Below are positions 28,117 through 37,428 of a stretch of 64,000 bases of DNA, one piece after another (position 1 is the stretch's first letter; every line of letters begins with the position of its first letter). Both the position numbers and the translations under genes were made by a program. Location of the stretch: assembly GCA_937906475.1 (NCBI GenBank), contig CALCZA010000021.1:60220-124219 (forward strand), in the 5' to 3' direction. A model generated the notes under the pieces. The model saw nothing but the letters and a program-made list of their open reading frames with translations, was not told where the DNA came from and searched no databases. This DNA is from an uncultured bacterium (GTDB lineage Bacteria > Planctomycetota > UBA1135 > UBA2386).

Positions 28117-28397
28117 TTGTTGCCTACCTGCTCATCTGCTGCTGGAGAGTCGGCGGGTGCGGAGTCAGCCCACTCTTCAATGTGAGTAGGCCACGCGAAC
28201 TTGACGACGAGTGCCCAGGCGACCGCCGCGCCGATCGAGATCAACGCCTGATAGAGCAGTCCGCTCGGCATGAAGCCGAATACCAGACTGCGGTCTTCCC
28301 AGTTCCAGAAGTCGTAGTGCAGGATCGCGAGCAGGGCGACGAGCACCCACGCGAACTTGCCAATCGACGACATACCAGTCTCCGCAGCGTTAGGCAT
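28113..28397 (-). CDS. Small 2-TM accessory subunit of the SSS transporter (DUF3311-like)
   Basis: LHYDFWNW...LVFGFMPSGLLYQ; directly upstream of, and overlapping, the symporter gene. Confidence 0.8.
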   Translation of the reverse strand: MPNAAETGMSSIGKFAWVLVALLAILHYDFWNWEDRSLVFGFMPSGLLYQALISIGAAVAWALVVKFAWPTHIEEWADSAPADSPAADEQVGNK

Positions 28398-29995
28398 TAC
28401 TTGGGCTTGTCCGTCTTCGCGATCGCGAACAGGTGCGTGTGGGTCGCAATGTAGAGCACGTCGTTGGCGGCAATCGGCGACGAGTATATGGGGATGCCGA
28501 AGTCGATTTCCTTGACGTTTTTGGCATCGAACTCCTTGGTGGCTGGAGCGCTAACCAGGAAGCCATCTTCAATGCCGACGTAGACGCGACCGTCGGCAAC
28601 CAACACCGAACCCCAGATGTGGGCGCTGGTGTCGTACTTCCAGTACTCTTCGCCAGTGTCTTTGTTAAGGCAATAGAGGTAGCCGGAGTAGTCCGCGGCG
28701 AACAGCAGGTCGCCAACGACTGCCATCGTCGTCATTGATCGGTTGATCTTGCCGTAAGCCCACACCTGCTTGCCCTTGGCGTCGACGCATACCAGGTTGC
28801 CGATGCCTTCGCCGTGTTCCGGGTCCTGGCCGATCACCGCGTAGGCGCGGCCTTCGTGCACGATTGGCGTGCCAAGCACTTCACTCGGTCCCTTGCTGGT
28901 CGCGTATTTGATCGGCGTGCCGTCTGGCTTGAAGCGGTAGCTCTTCGGGTTGCAGTCGAACTGCCACGCCTTCTTGAGCACTAAAAACCCGTCTTCATCC
29001 TTAACGGGCTTGGGATCGAACGCGTAGAGCACGCCATCGGGACCGCCGAAGATCGCGAGTTCGGCCTTGTCGGTCTTGAGATAGGCGGGGGAGGACCAGT
29101 TGCTGTGGAAGATGTGTTGGCTTAGCCCGGACGCCTCCTCACCGATCAACTTGCCGGTCAACTTGTCGACGACAATCATCGCCGGCGCGTTTGGCGCGGG
29201 CGTCTCGACGTGGCCGTAGTCGACACCGTTACTCGTCGACGTCCAGATCTGGTCGCCTACGATCATCACCGAGCAGCTGGTGATGTTGTGCGGGAACACG
29301 CCGCACTCGTCGATCATGTTGAGCTTCCAGATGATGTCGGCGTCGGTGTCTTTGACTGCCACCGGCGGTTTGCCGTTGTCAGCGTAGTACTTCGCCTCGT
29401 CTTGGAAGCCATCGTTGCCGTTTTTCATGCCCAGCACGTCGACGCACATGACCTCGCACCGGTTCGTCATCAAGTAGGCGCGGTCGCCTTCGATCGCCGG
29501 TGACGAGCAGATGCCGAGGAACTCCCAGTCGCTGACTTTGCCGGTGCCGAGTTTGGGCACGTTGAGTTGCCAGATCAGTTCGCCGGTCTTCTCATCGAGG
29601 CAATAGATGCAGCTGCGGTCGCCTTTGAAGCGGTCGTCGCGCGGCACGTCATTGTTGGTCCCGACATAGACGCGGCCGTTGGCAACCGTCGGGTTGCCGT
29701 AACTCTGCGAGCCAAGTTTGGCGATCCACTTGACGTTTTTGCTCGTCGTGATGTCGATCTCTTCGGTGTTGTTCTTGTACTCGCCGGGGACAACGTTGAT
29801 CGGTAAGCCTTTGACCATAGCGACCATGTTGCGCGTGTAGTCGCGGCCCCACATTGGCCAGTCTTGCGCCGCGGCATTTGCGGTGAGTAGCGCGCAGCAA
29901 GCAACTGCGAGCAGTGCAGTCTTGCGGTGGAACAGTTGCAGCGTCATAGCCATCGAGGATCGGGTTGTGGTTGCGGTTGTAGTCGGGTTATTCAT
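28397..29995 (-). CDS. Exported PQQ-like beta-propeller protein
   Basis: Signal peptide ...AAAQ, DWPMWGRDYTRNM, KWIAKLGSQSYGNPTVANGRVYVGTNND, GICSSP. Confidence 0.9.
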   Translation of the reverse strand: MNNPTTTATTTRSSMAMTLQLFHRKTALLAVACCALLTANAAAQDWPMWGRDYTRNMVAMVKGLPINVVPGEYKNNTEEIDITTSKNVKWIAKLGSQSYGNPTVANGRVYVGTNNDVPRDDRFKGDRSCIYCLDEKTGELIWQLNVPKLGTGKVSDWEFLGICSSPAIEGDRAYLMTNRCEVMCVDVLGMKNGNDGFQDEAKYYADNGKPPVAVKDTDADIIWKLNMIDECGVFPHNITSCSVMIVGDQIWTSTSNGVDYGHVETPAPNAPAMIVVDKLTGKLIGEEASGLSQHIFHSNWSSPAYLKTDKAELAIFGGPDGVLYAFDPKPVKDEDGFLVLKKAWQFDCNPKSYRFKPDGTPIKYATSKGPSEVLGTPIVHEGRAYAVIGQDPEHGEGIGNLVCVDAKGKQVWAYGKINRSMTTMAVVGDLLFAADYSGYLYCLNKDTGEEYWKYDTSAHIWGSVLVADGRVYVGIEDGFLVSAPATKEFDAKNVKEIDFGIPIYSSPIAANDVLYIATHTHLFAIAKTDKPK

Positions 29996-32270
29996 TCGGA
30001 GTCACCGTGATGTTGTCCAGGTAGATCCGGAAGCGACTCTGCGGCGTGAACCCGTAGAGGCCGGGCGAGCCGTTGCGGTTGACGTTTGGCACGTTGACTT
30101 CAATCGTCCACGCGTCGGGTTCGGGCAGGTCGCGTTGCCACGCCTTGGCGCGAACGACGCCGGAGCCATCTTGGTTGGTGTCGATGCGGCTCTTGAGGCG
30201 ATACCACTTGCCGGCCTGCCAGCGGAACGGCACGCGCTCCTTGATCAGTTCTTCGTTGGACGTGATCTCGAGTGCTTGGTGGTTGCCCTTGAGGATGATC
30301 AGGTAGCGCTGGTTGATCATGCCGCCAGCCGACATCGTGCGGCGGTTGCCGTCGGTGCGTACGTCGACCGTCATCGTGTAGTTCGACTGGCGTGGGTCGC
30401 CGATCATCGAGATCGTGCGCTGGAACAGCGGCATGTCGAGCGTGCGGGCGAGCACGTGGTGGCCGTCGAGTTTGCGTACTTCCCACTTCTTGTTGGCGCC
30501 GATCCAGTAGGGGCGTGGCGGCGCGGCCATGACGCCTACTTCCTTCTTGTGCGGCTTGAGCGTGACGTCTTCGAAGTTGTCGCTGTATGGCGCACTCGGA
30601 ACGATCCGTAGACGAGCAGTGCCTTTGAGGCCGTTGGCAGTTGCGATCAACACGGTCGCCGCCGGTGATGCGTCGGGCGCCACGGTGAGCATGCCGTTCT
30701 CGATCGTGACTCCCTTGGGAAGCTTGCCACTCCACTTGATGTCCGCGGCGGCGAGGTCGCGCACGGTCGCGCCGCGGCCATCTTTGCTGCGCACGCGGTA
30801 GGGCACCGTCTCGCCGAGGTGCACGAGGAGGTCCGCAGGAATCACTTGGAGGGCGGTTGCGTCACCAATTTCGCGAACGGGTGGGCGTTCCGGACGATGC
30901 GAAACATCGCCACCTTTGCCGGCGAAGCAATACAGCGCGTCGGTCGTGTGCACGTAGACGCGGCCGTTGCAGATGGCGGGGGCGCCAAGGCAGTTGCCGT
31001 CCAGTTGGGTCTTCGCGAGCACTTCCAAGCCTTCGTCCGAAGGCTTGATGATGAAGAACTCGCCGTTGTTCATCGGCACCCATAAGCGACCGTCGCCGTA
31101 CGCGGGGGAGGCGTGGATCTGGTCCGGTGCGAGTTTGTGTTCCCACAGCACCCGACCGGTGTCGGCGTCGACGCATGCAAGTTCGCCGGTTGCGACGGTG
31201 GCGTAGATACGATTGCCAACCAGGATGGGGGAACTCGTGAACGCCGTCAGGTCATTGCGCCAGACTTCGTGATCCTTGCCGAGCACGAGTTGCTTTTCGC
31301 CGGGCTTTGGCTCGGCTCCCAGCTTGATCGCGATCATGCGACCGGCGGTCGAAGTGTCGAGGTTCTCTTTGCCGTGCATGGCGATCAGCGTGTTCTTGTA
31401 GAGAACGGCGCTGGCGCTCATGCCGCCGGTGCACATCGGAAACCGCCATAACGCTTCACCAGTGCGCGCATCGACGCAGGTCATGTGGCCGCCAGCCAAG
31501 CCTGCGTAGGCGACCTGGCGACCGTTCTGCCACGAGACAACTGGCATCGAGAACGAGATGTCCTTCGGTGGTCCGCCCGGCGTCGATACCCAAACGCATT
31601 CGCCGGTCTCTTTGTCGAACGCAAAGAAACGATCGCGCGCCGGACCTTGTGGGCCCCACCCGGAACTCGTCATGTGCAGGATCGCGAGTTCGTCGGTCAA
31701 GGTGACCGAGCCGGTGCGTCCGTTCGGAAACACGAGCCGGCCAAACTCGGAGATTGTCGCGTGGCGCCAGCGCAGGTCGCCACTCGGAGTAAAACTGCAC
31801 AGCACGCCGGCCGACGTCATGCAGAAGATGTTGCCAGTCTTCGCGTCGATGGTCGGGCTGCCGAGCGCGAAGCGGTGGTAGATGATGTCGGTGAGGAAGT
31901 GCGGGAAACGCTTCTCCCAAATCAGGGTGCCGTCGGTTTCATCGAGGCAGACCAGCAACTCGTCCAGGTTCTTGCCGGTACCGCGGTAGCCGAGGGTGTA
32001 GACGCGGCCGTTGGCAATGACTGGGGTGCCGCGGCCACGAAGTTCGTAGCGCCACGACTTGGTGTCACCACCGATCGTTAGCGAGGTGGCGAGTCCGGTT
32101 TCTACCGAGGTGCCGTTCTGGTTTGGGCCGCGCCAGCTGAGCCAACTCTGGGCATTGCTAGGGCTATGGCCCGGGGCCTGTGCCGTTGCAACTGCAGTCG
32201 TTAGCACCAGGGCCGTCGTTAGGGTGGTGAGCAGCACGGAGGCGCCGGAGAAGATCGATCGAGACATCAT
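29988..32270 (-). CDS. Exported PQQ-like beta-propeller protein with C-terminal Ig-like and beta-sandwich (lectin-like) domains
   Basis: WLSWRGPNQNG and propeller repeats to YCFAG, then an all-beta C-terminal region with KWYRLKSRI...AKAWQRDLPEPDAW...GSPGLYG. Confidence 0.88.
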   Translation of the reverse strand: MMSRSIFSGASVLLTTLTTALVLTTAVATAQAPGHSPSNAQSWLSWRGPNQNGTSVETGLATSLTIGGDTKSWRYELRGRGTPVIANGRVYTLGYRGTGKNLDELLVCLDETDGTLIWEKRFPHFLTDIIYHRFALGSPTIDAKTGNIFCMTSAGVLCSFTPSGDLRWRHATISEFGRLVFPNGRTGSVTLTDELAILHMTSSGWGPQGPARDRFFAFDKETGECVWVSTPGGPPKDISFSMPVVSWQNGRQVAYAGLAGGHMTCVDARTGEALWRFPMCTGGMSASAVLYKNTLIAMHGKENLDTSTAGRMIAIKLGAEPKPGEKQLVLGKDHEVWRNDLTAFTSSPILVGNRIYATVATGELACVDADTGRVLWEHKLAPDQIHASPAYGDGRLWVPMNNGEFFIIKPSDEGLEVLAKTQLDGNCLGAPAICNGRVYVHTTDALYCFAGKGGDVSHRPERPPVREIGDATALQVIPADLLVHLGETVPYRVRSKDGRGATVRDLAAADIKWSGKLPKGVTIENGMLTVAPDASPAATVLIATANGLKGTARLRIVPSAPYSDNFEDVTLKPHKKEVGVMAAPPRPYWIGANKKWEVRKLDGHHVLARTLDMPLFQRTISMIGDPRQSNYTMTVDVRTDGNRRTMSAGGMINQRYLIILKGNHQALEITSNEELIKERVPFRWQAGKWYRLKSRIDTNQDGSGVVRAKAWQRDLPEPDAWTIEVNVPNVNRNGSPGLYGFTPQSRFRIYLDNITVTPNE

Positions 32271-32476
32271 GATGGTGCGAATGAGGTCGCCGCTACGGCG
32301 GCGCTGCGCGAGTTGCGAGCGATGGGGGGAGGACGAGTATAGCTACGACGTCGCAGCGGCCAACGTTCGCGCGCCGTGTCCTCGCGGTTCGACGCGGTTC
32401 GGATGTCCCATCTTCATACCGGTGGCAGTGGAGTGGGAACTAGAGCCCGATAACCGTCGCGGCTAGGCTGTTTGCA

Positions 32477-32944
32477 ATGGCAATTTGGACCAGCATGCGT
32501 GTGTTGTTGCCAGCCGTCTGGGCCGTTGGGTGTCTGGTCGGTTTCGGCAATCCCGGCGACGAATATGGCCTGTTTGCACTCGGGTCGATCCTCGGCACGT
32601 GGACTCTGATGATCAGCAATAGCAATCCCGGCTTGGTGCTGCCTTTGCTCACCGGTTGTGCGCTGATGTATGGCGCCGGACGTTTGCTCGAAACGCTAGC
32701 CGCGAACCGGAATCTGTGGCTGGCGACTTGGCTGATACTGGGCGTCGCGACCTATGCGTTTGTGATGGTGCAGTTTGAGTCGATGGAAGCTGCGATTGCG
32801 AAGAACGGAACGCTTGCTGCCTACGTGGCCTTCGCGTCGCAGCTCGGAACCTACGTTGCGACCATCCTCACTCTGTTGGTCGCTGCGGTGCGTTCATGGC
32901 TCGGAATAGTTGCCGATGATCAGTCTACGACCGCCGAAGTCTGA
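32477..32944 (+). CDS. Hypothetical integral membrane protein
   Basis: 155 aa with about 5 hydrophobic segments; divergent from the propeller operon. Confidence 0.7.
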   Translation: MAIWTSMRVLLPAVWAVGCLVGFGNPGDEYGLFALGSILGTWTLMISNSNPGLVLPLLTGCALMYGAGRLLETLAANRNLWLATWLILGVATYAFVMVQFESMEAAIAKNGTLAAYVAFASQLGTYVATILTLLVAAVRSWLGIVADDQSTTAEV

Positions 32945-33130
32945 CGCCTCGGGAGCTTGGGGCAGGTCACCGATGATCCTGTCGAGATCATGGACGTCGA
33001 TGAAGGTGCGAGCCTTGAATGTCCCGCTAACAAGATCTTGGCAGAGAGCTTTGTGGCCACCAATAATAGCAACTACCGGTTGCCGATTTGCCTCTAGCAC
33101 CGCTGCCGCGTCGCGGTTGCAATCGTTCGG

Positions 33131-34282
33131 GTGTTGAGCCAGTCCAAGAACCCGTTCGCGTCGACGGCAACTGCCGCATACCAGCTGCCCAAGTCATTGT
33201 TGGAGCAGCTGCAGACCCCCGCGCTGGTTGTCTACCTCGACCGCGTGCGCGACAACATCCGTAGCATGATTGGCTATGCGGGCTCGCCGGACCGTTGGCG
33301 GCCGCACCTGAAGACGACCAAGATTCCCGAGGTCTGGGGAGAGTTACTGCAGGCTGGCGTGCGTCACTTCAAGTGCGCGACGACGCGCGAAGCCGATGTC
33401 TTCGTCACGCTCGCAAGTTCGCGCGAGCAGCAGACTGATTTATTGGTCGCGTATCCACTGCGCGGCCCCGCTCTGCAGCGGCTCGGCGCGATTGCGAAGA
33501 ACGCCAAGAACACGACCGTGTCGGTGCTGGTGGAGGACCCCGATCTAGTTGCCGATTTGCCTGATGGCATTGGGGTGTTCGTCGACGTGAACCCGGGCAT
33601 GAACCGTACGGGCATCCCGATGGACGACGAGGCGGCGGTACTCGCGGTGGTGCTCGCGGTCGGAGACCGCTTCCGCGGCTTGCACTTCTACGACGGCCAC
33701 TTGCACGACGAAGACCTCGCCGCGCGTAGAATCGCGATCTTCGCGGGTTATCAGCGGTTGTTGCAGTTGGTTGACCTACTTGCCGCCGAAGGCATCGCGA
33801 CGCCTGAGGTCATCACTAGTGGCACTCCGGCGTTTCATCACGCCTTGCATTTCGAAGCATTCGCCAGCAGCGAAGCATTCGTGCATCGCATTTCACCGGG
33901 CACCGTGGTGTTCCATGATGGCCGTTCGCAGTTCGATAACCCTGAGGTCGAATTGCAGCCAGCAGCCCTGGTCTTATCGCGCGTGGTCAGTCATCCAGCA
34001 GCGGACATCGTAACCTGTGATGCTGGATCGAAGTCGGTTGCAGCCGAGGCCGGCGACCCATGCGCATTCGTGCTCGGCAACGATGCGCTCGGAGCTTTGC
34101 AGCCGAGTGAAGAGCACTTGCCGCTGCGTTGTTCGGCCGCGTTGCCGCCGCGTGGCACACACCTGCTCTTGGTGCCGCGTCATGTCTGTCCAACGGTTAA
34201 CCTTGCCGAGCAATGCGTTCTAATGGACGGCGATTCGCCGCCGCGCATCGTTCCCGTCGTGGCTCGGGCGCACGAACTGTGA
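33131..34282 (+). CDS. PLP-dependent fold-type III enzyme, D-threonine aldolase / DSD1 family
   Basis: TPALVV, WRPHLKTTK (PLP Lys), GMNRTGI, FYDGH, SEEH, PRHVCPTVNL (metal His/Cys). Confidence 0.88.
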   Translation: MLSQSKNPFASTATAAYQLPKSLLEQLQTPALVVYLDRVRDNIRSMIGYAGSPDRWRPHLKTTKIPEVWGELLQAGVRHFKCATTREADVFVTLASSREQQTDLLVAYPLRGPALQRLGAIAKNAKNTTVSVLVEDPDLVADLPDGIGVFVDVNPGMNRTGIPMDDEAAVLAVVLAVGDRFRGLHFYDGHLHDEDLAARRIAIFAGYQRLLQLVDLLAAEGIATPEVITSGTPAFHHALHFEAFASSEAFVHRISPGTVVFHDGRSQFDNPEVELQPAALVLSRVVSHPAADIVTCDAGSKSVAAEAGDPCAFVLGNDALGALQPSEEHLPLRCSAALPPRGTHLLLVPRHVCPTVNLAEQCVLMDGDSPPRIVPVVARAHEL

Positions 34283-34301
34283 GTGGCCCTGCGGGTGGCC
34301 T

Positions 34302-34727
34302 CTAGCTGTGCGCTTCGATTGCCGCGTCGACTTCCGCGGGCATCGCTACGGCGCGCATGCCGTCTGCGGTCTTCTCGACGCAGACGGCCGTGATTGTGCC
34401 GCGGGCGACTTCGACTTGCCCCTTGTCAGTGTCGAGCAAGAAGCGCGTTTCGTAGGTGATGGCTTTGCTGCGCTTCTCGAGCACGACGATGTGCAGTTCG
34501 ACCTCGTCTTCGTAACGCAGCGGCCGTTCGTAACTCATCGACGCGGTGCGCCGGGCCCAGCCCCAGGTCGCGCCGTTCTCGCCGCCGTGCACGGAGAAGC
34601 CGAGCGAACGGAAGAACGCGTGCTCCACCGACTCCATGAACTTGAAGTAGTTCGCGAAGTACATGATGCCGGCCATGTCCGTGTCAGCGAACTCGACCAT
34701 GCGTCGCATTCGGTATTCGCTAGCCAT
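34302..34727 (-). CDS. Acyl-CoA thioesterase, 4HBT/YbgC hotdog family
   Basis: VEFADTDMAGIMYFANYFKFME motif; 1-bp overlap with the radical SAM gene. Confidence 0.9.
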   Translation of the reverse strand: MASEYRMRRMVEFADTDMAGIMYFANYFKFMESVEHAFFRSLGFSVHGGENGATWGWARRTASMSYERPLRYEDEVELHIVVLEKRSKAITYETRFLLDTDKGQVEVARGTITAVCVEKTADGMRAVAMPAEVDAAIEAHS

Positions 34728-36049
34728 TACGCGTAGCGCACCGCGCGGTGCTCTTGCGCGAAGAAGTCGTGGAGCAGGCGGTCAACTTGCAGCAAGCCGT
34801 GTCGCGCGATGATGACGCGCGTACCTTCGATCGTCAGATAGCCGTCCTTCTTATGCTTGGCCAATGGCTCTGCAAATCGCACCAGCGGGTCGACACCGAA
34901 CTTGTTAGTGAAGTAACTGGTGTCGACCGAGCCGAGCTTGAGTTGCAGGATGAACTCTCGAATCAGCCGCTGGTCGGCATCGACTTGCATCGCGCGATGA
35001 ATTGGTAGTTGGCCACTTTCGACAACTTCGATGTAGGGATCGAAGTCGTGCACGTTTTGGAAGTGTACGCCGCCGACGTGAGAGAACGATGCGACGCCGA
35101 CGCCCAGTAAGTCCGCGCCGTGCCACAGACCATCGCGATAGAGGAACTTGGCATCGTCGCCACGCACCGCGGTGTAGGCGCTACCGACGTGATAGCCGTG
35201 CTGCTCTAGTGCGGAGAATGCCTCGTCGACCCAGCGCCGCTTGGTTTGCCAGTCGGCGACCGGTGCGGTGTCTTCGCCGCTCTCTTTCATGCGGCTAGCG
35301 ACGGTCGTGTTGTAGGGGATCTCCATCTGGTAGATCGTGACGCTGTCCGGTGCCATCTCGATCGTGCGCTCAATGCACTTCTGCCAGTTGGCATCAGTTT
35401 CGCCGACCATGCCCGCGATCAAATCGATATTGATCTGCCGGAACCCGACCTCGCGCGCGATGTCGTATGCCTTGTCGATTTCCTTGGCTCGGTGCGCGCG
35501 GTTGTTGCGTTCGAGGATGTCGGGGTCGAAGTTCTCGACGCCGAGACTCAGGCGGGTGATGCCGAGGTCCTTGAGAGCGTGGATCTTCTTCTCTTGCAGA
35601 GTGCCCGGTTCACACTCGAACGTGACTTCGCGCGCACTGTCCCAAGGCAGGTGTTGCTGGATGCCTTCGAACAGCATCGTCAGTTGGTCCACCGATAAAT
35701 ACGAAGGCGTGCCACCACCGAAGTAGACGAACTCTGGTTTGCGGCCCTTCACCGCTGCGTTCTCGGCGTGCATGCGCACTTCTTCGATGACCGCGTTGAT
35801 GTAGCGCCGCACCGCCCGCGAATCCTTGTCCGTGTAGACGCGGAAGTAGCAGAAATCGCAGCGCTTCCTGCAAAACGGGATGTGCACATACAGCCCGAAC
35901 GGCGTGTCTTCGGCCGGCGATTCCGCCAGGCGCGCAACGGCTAGGCCCGCGTCCTCGCGTTTCCAGCAGGAGAACGGTGGGTAGTTGGCGACGAAATAGT
36001 TGCCAGCCGTCGTGGCTTCAGACTTTTGCGGATCGGGTGGGGGCGACAT
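34727..36049 (-). CDS. HemN-like radical SAM enzyme (neither canonical HemN nor HemW motif set)
   Basis: LYVHIPFCRKRCDFCYF (CX3CX2C), YFGGGTPS, TRLSLGVE, INIDLIAG; N-terminal YFVANYPP. Confidence 0.9.
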   Translation of the reverse strand: MSPPPDPQKSEATTAGNYFVANYPPFSCWKREDAGLAVARLAESPAEDTPFGLYVHIPFCRKRCDFCYFRVYTDKDSRAVRRYINAVIEEVRMHAENAAVKGRKPEFVYFGGGTPSYLSVDQLTMLFEGIQQHLPWDSAREVTFECEPGTLQEKKIHALKDLGITRLSLGVENFDPDILERNNRAHRAKEIDKAYDIAREVGFRQINIDLIAGMVGETDANWQKCIERTIEMAPDSVTIYQMEIPYNTTVASRMKESGEDTAPVADWQTKRRWVDEAFSALEQHGYHVGSAYTAVRGDDAKFLYRDGLWHGADLLGVGVASFSHVGGVHFQNVHDFDPYIEVVESGQLPIHRAMQVDADQRLIREFILQLKLGSVDTSYFTNKFGVDPLVRFAEPLAKHKKDGYLTIEGTRVIIARHGLLQVDRLLHDFFAQEHRAVRYA

Positions 36050-36171
36050 CGAACCGCTGATCTTACGGGCGCGACCCCTCGGGCGCCTCAATGCGAACTA
36101 GAACAGTAGTTTGCGAAAAATATGATGTGTCAGAATCTCGTCCCGTCGACTCTGTCGAACACAGGTGCATC

Positions 36172-37416
36172 ATGATGCTCTCGCCAGTGACAGATCCTAA
36201 TAGAAGCTTTGATGTCGTCGTTATCGGTGGCGGTCCCGCCGGTGCCACCGCTGCCACCTTGCTCGCTAAGGCGGGCCATAGGGTCGGTCTGTTTGAACGG
36301 CAATCGTTCCCGAGATTCCATGTTGGCGAATCGCTGGTTCCTGCGGTGAACCTGGCGCTCGAGAAAATCGGCGTGCTCGAGCGCATGGATGAGATCGGCT
36401 TTACGCAGAAGCACGGCGTGCAGTTCATCTCGCCGAAGGGGCCGAGCCGCCCGTTCTACTTCTCCGAGGTGCGGGATGAGCGCATGCACTACACGTGGCA
36501 AGTGCTGCGCAGTGACTTCGACCGGATGATGCTCGATCACGCTGCCGAGTGTGGGGTACACGTCGAAACCGATGCGTCGGTTGTCGAGGTGTGCTCGGAG
36601 GGTGATGCTGTGACTGGCGCGCGGGTGCGGCGACTCGATGAGAGCGAAGACGTTGTCTCGGCGCGCATTGTCTTGGATGCATCGGGACAACAAGGTGTGG
36701 TCGCGCGTGAGCGCAGCAAGCAGCAGTTGATTCCCGGACTCGAGAACACTGCGGTCTACGCGCACTACCAAGGTGTGAAACTCGACACCGGAATCGACGC
36801 TGGCTCGACGTTGATCTACCGCCTGGATGCGAAATCGTGGATCTGGTTCATTCCGTTGATGGGTGGTGTCAGCATTGGTCTGGTCACGTCGGCGCGAGAG
36901 ATCTTGCACTTTGGCCAGAATCGCGACGAGATCCTGCAGTCGGCGATCGACCAGTGCCCAGCCCTTCTCGAACGCATGGCAAACGCGACGGTGATCGGTG
37001 AAGTGCGCGTCGCACGTGACTTCTCCTACCGCGCCACCGTGGATGGCGGCGCCGGTTGGGCGGTGATCGGAGACGCGCTCGGATTCATTGACCCGGTCTA
37101 CTCCACGGGCCTTTTGCTATCCGTGAGGTCTGCCGAGGTCGCCGCGCTCGAGGTGGCCTGTGCCCTCGCGAGCGATCAGCAGCACCCAGACATGCGCGGT
37201 TTCTCGGCGGAGTGGCAGGTCGCATTTGACCGCTTCTTGCCGCTCGTGCGCGCCTTCTACACCGATGATTTTCGCTTTGGCGAGCTGTCGAAGCACGAAT
37301 CTCATCGCCAAGGCTTGGTCGACTTGCTGACTGGCATCGTCGATACCGACGAAGCGATCGGAGTCGTCGCCAAGATCCAGCAGATGTTCGACGGCGAGGC
37401 TGCTTCCAAGAACTGA
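36172..37416 (+). CDS. FAD-dependent oxidoreductase, flavin-dependent halogenase-like
   Basis: IGGGPAG, FPRFHVGESL, GFTQKHG (conserved Lys), WIWFIP (WxWxIP), GDALGFIDPVYSTG. Confidence 0.85.
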   Translation: MMLSPVTDPNRSFDVVVIGGGPAGATAATLLAKAGHRVGLFERQSFPRFHVGESLVPAVNLALEKIGVLERMDEIGFTQKHGVQFISPKGPSRPFYFSEVRDERMHYTWQVLRSDFDRMMLDHAAECGVHVETDASVVEVCSEGDAVTGARVRRLDESEDVVSARIVLDASGQQGVVARERSKQQLIPGLENTAVYAHYQGVKLDTGIDAGSTLIYRLDAKSWIWFIPLMGGVSIGLVTSAREILHFGQNRDEILQSAIDQCPALLERMANATVIGEVRVARDFSYRATVDGGAGWAVIGDALGFIDPVYSTGLLLSVRSAEVAALEVACALASDQQHPDMRGFSAEWQVAFDRFLPLVRAFYTDDFRFGELSKHESHRQGLVDLLTGIVDTDEAIGVVAKIQQMFDGEAASKN

Positions 37417-37428
37417 CGGAGACTGTTT

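Noticed and set aside
28113..28397. Small ORF as a RiPP precursor for the radical SAM enzyme
   Set aside because: It has two TM helices and the typical position and sequence of an SSS accessory subunit, and the rSAM lacks SPASM/RRE features.
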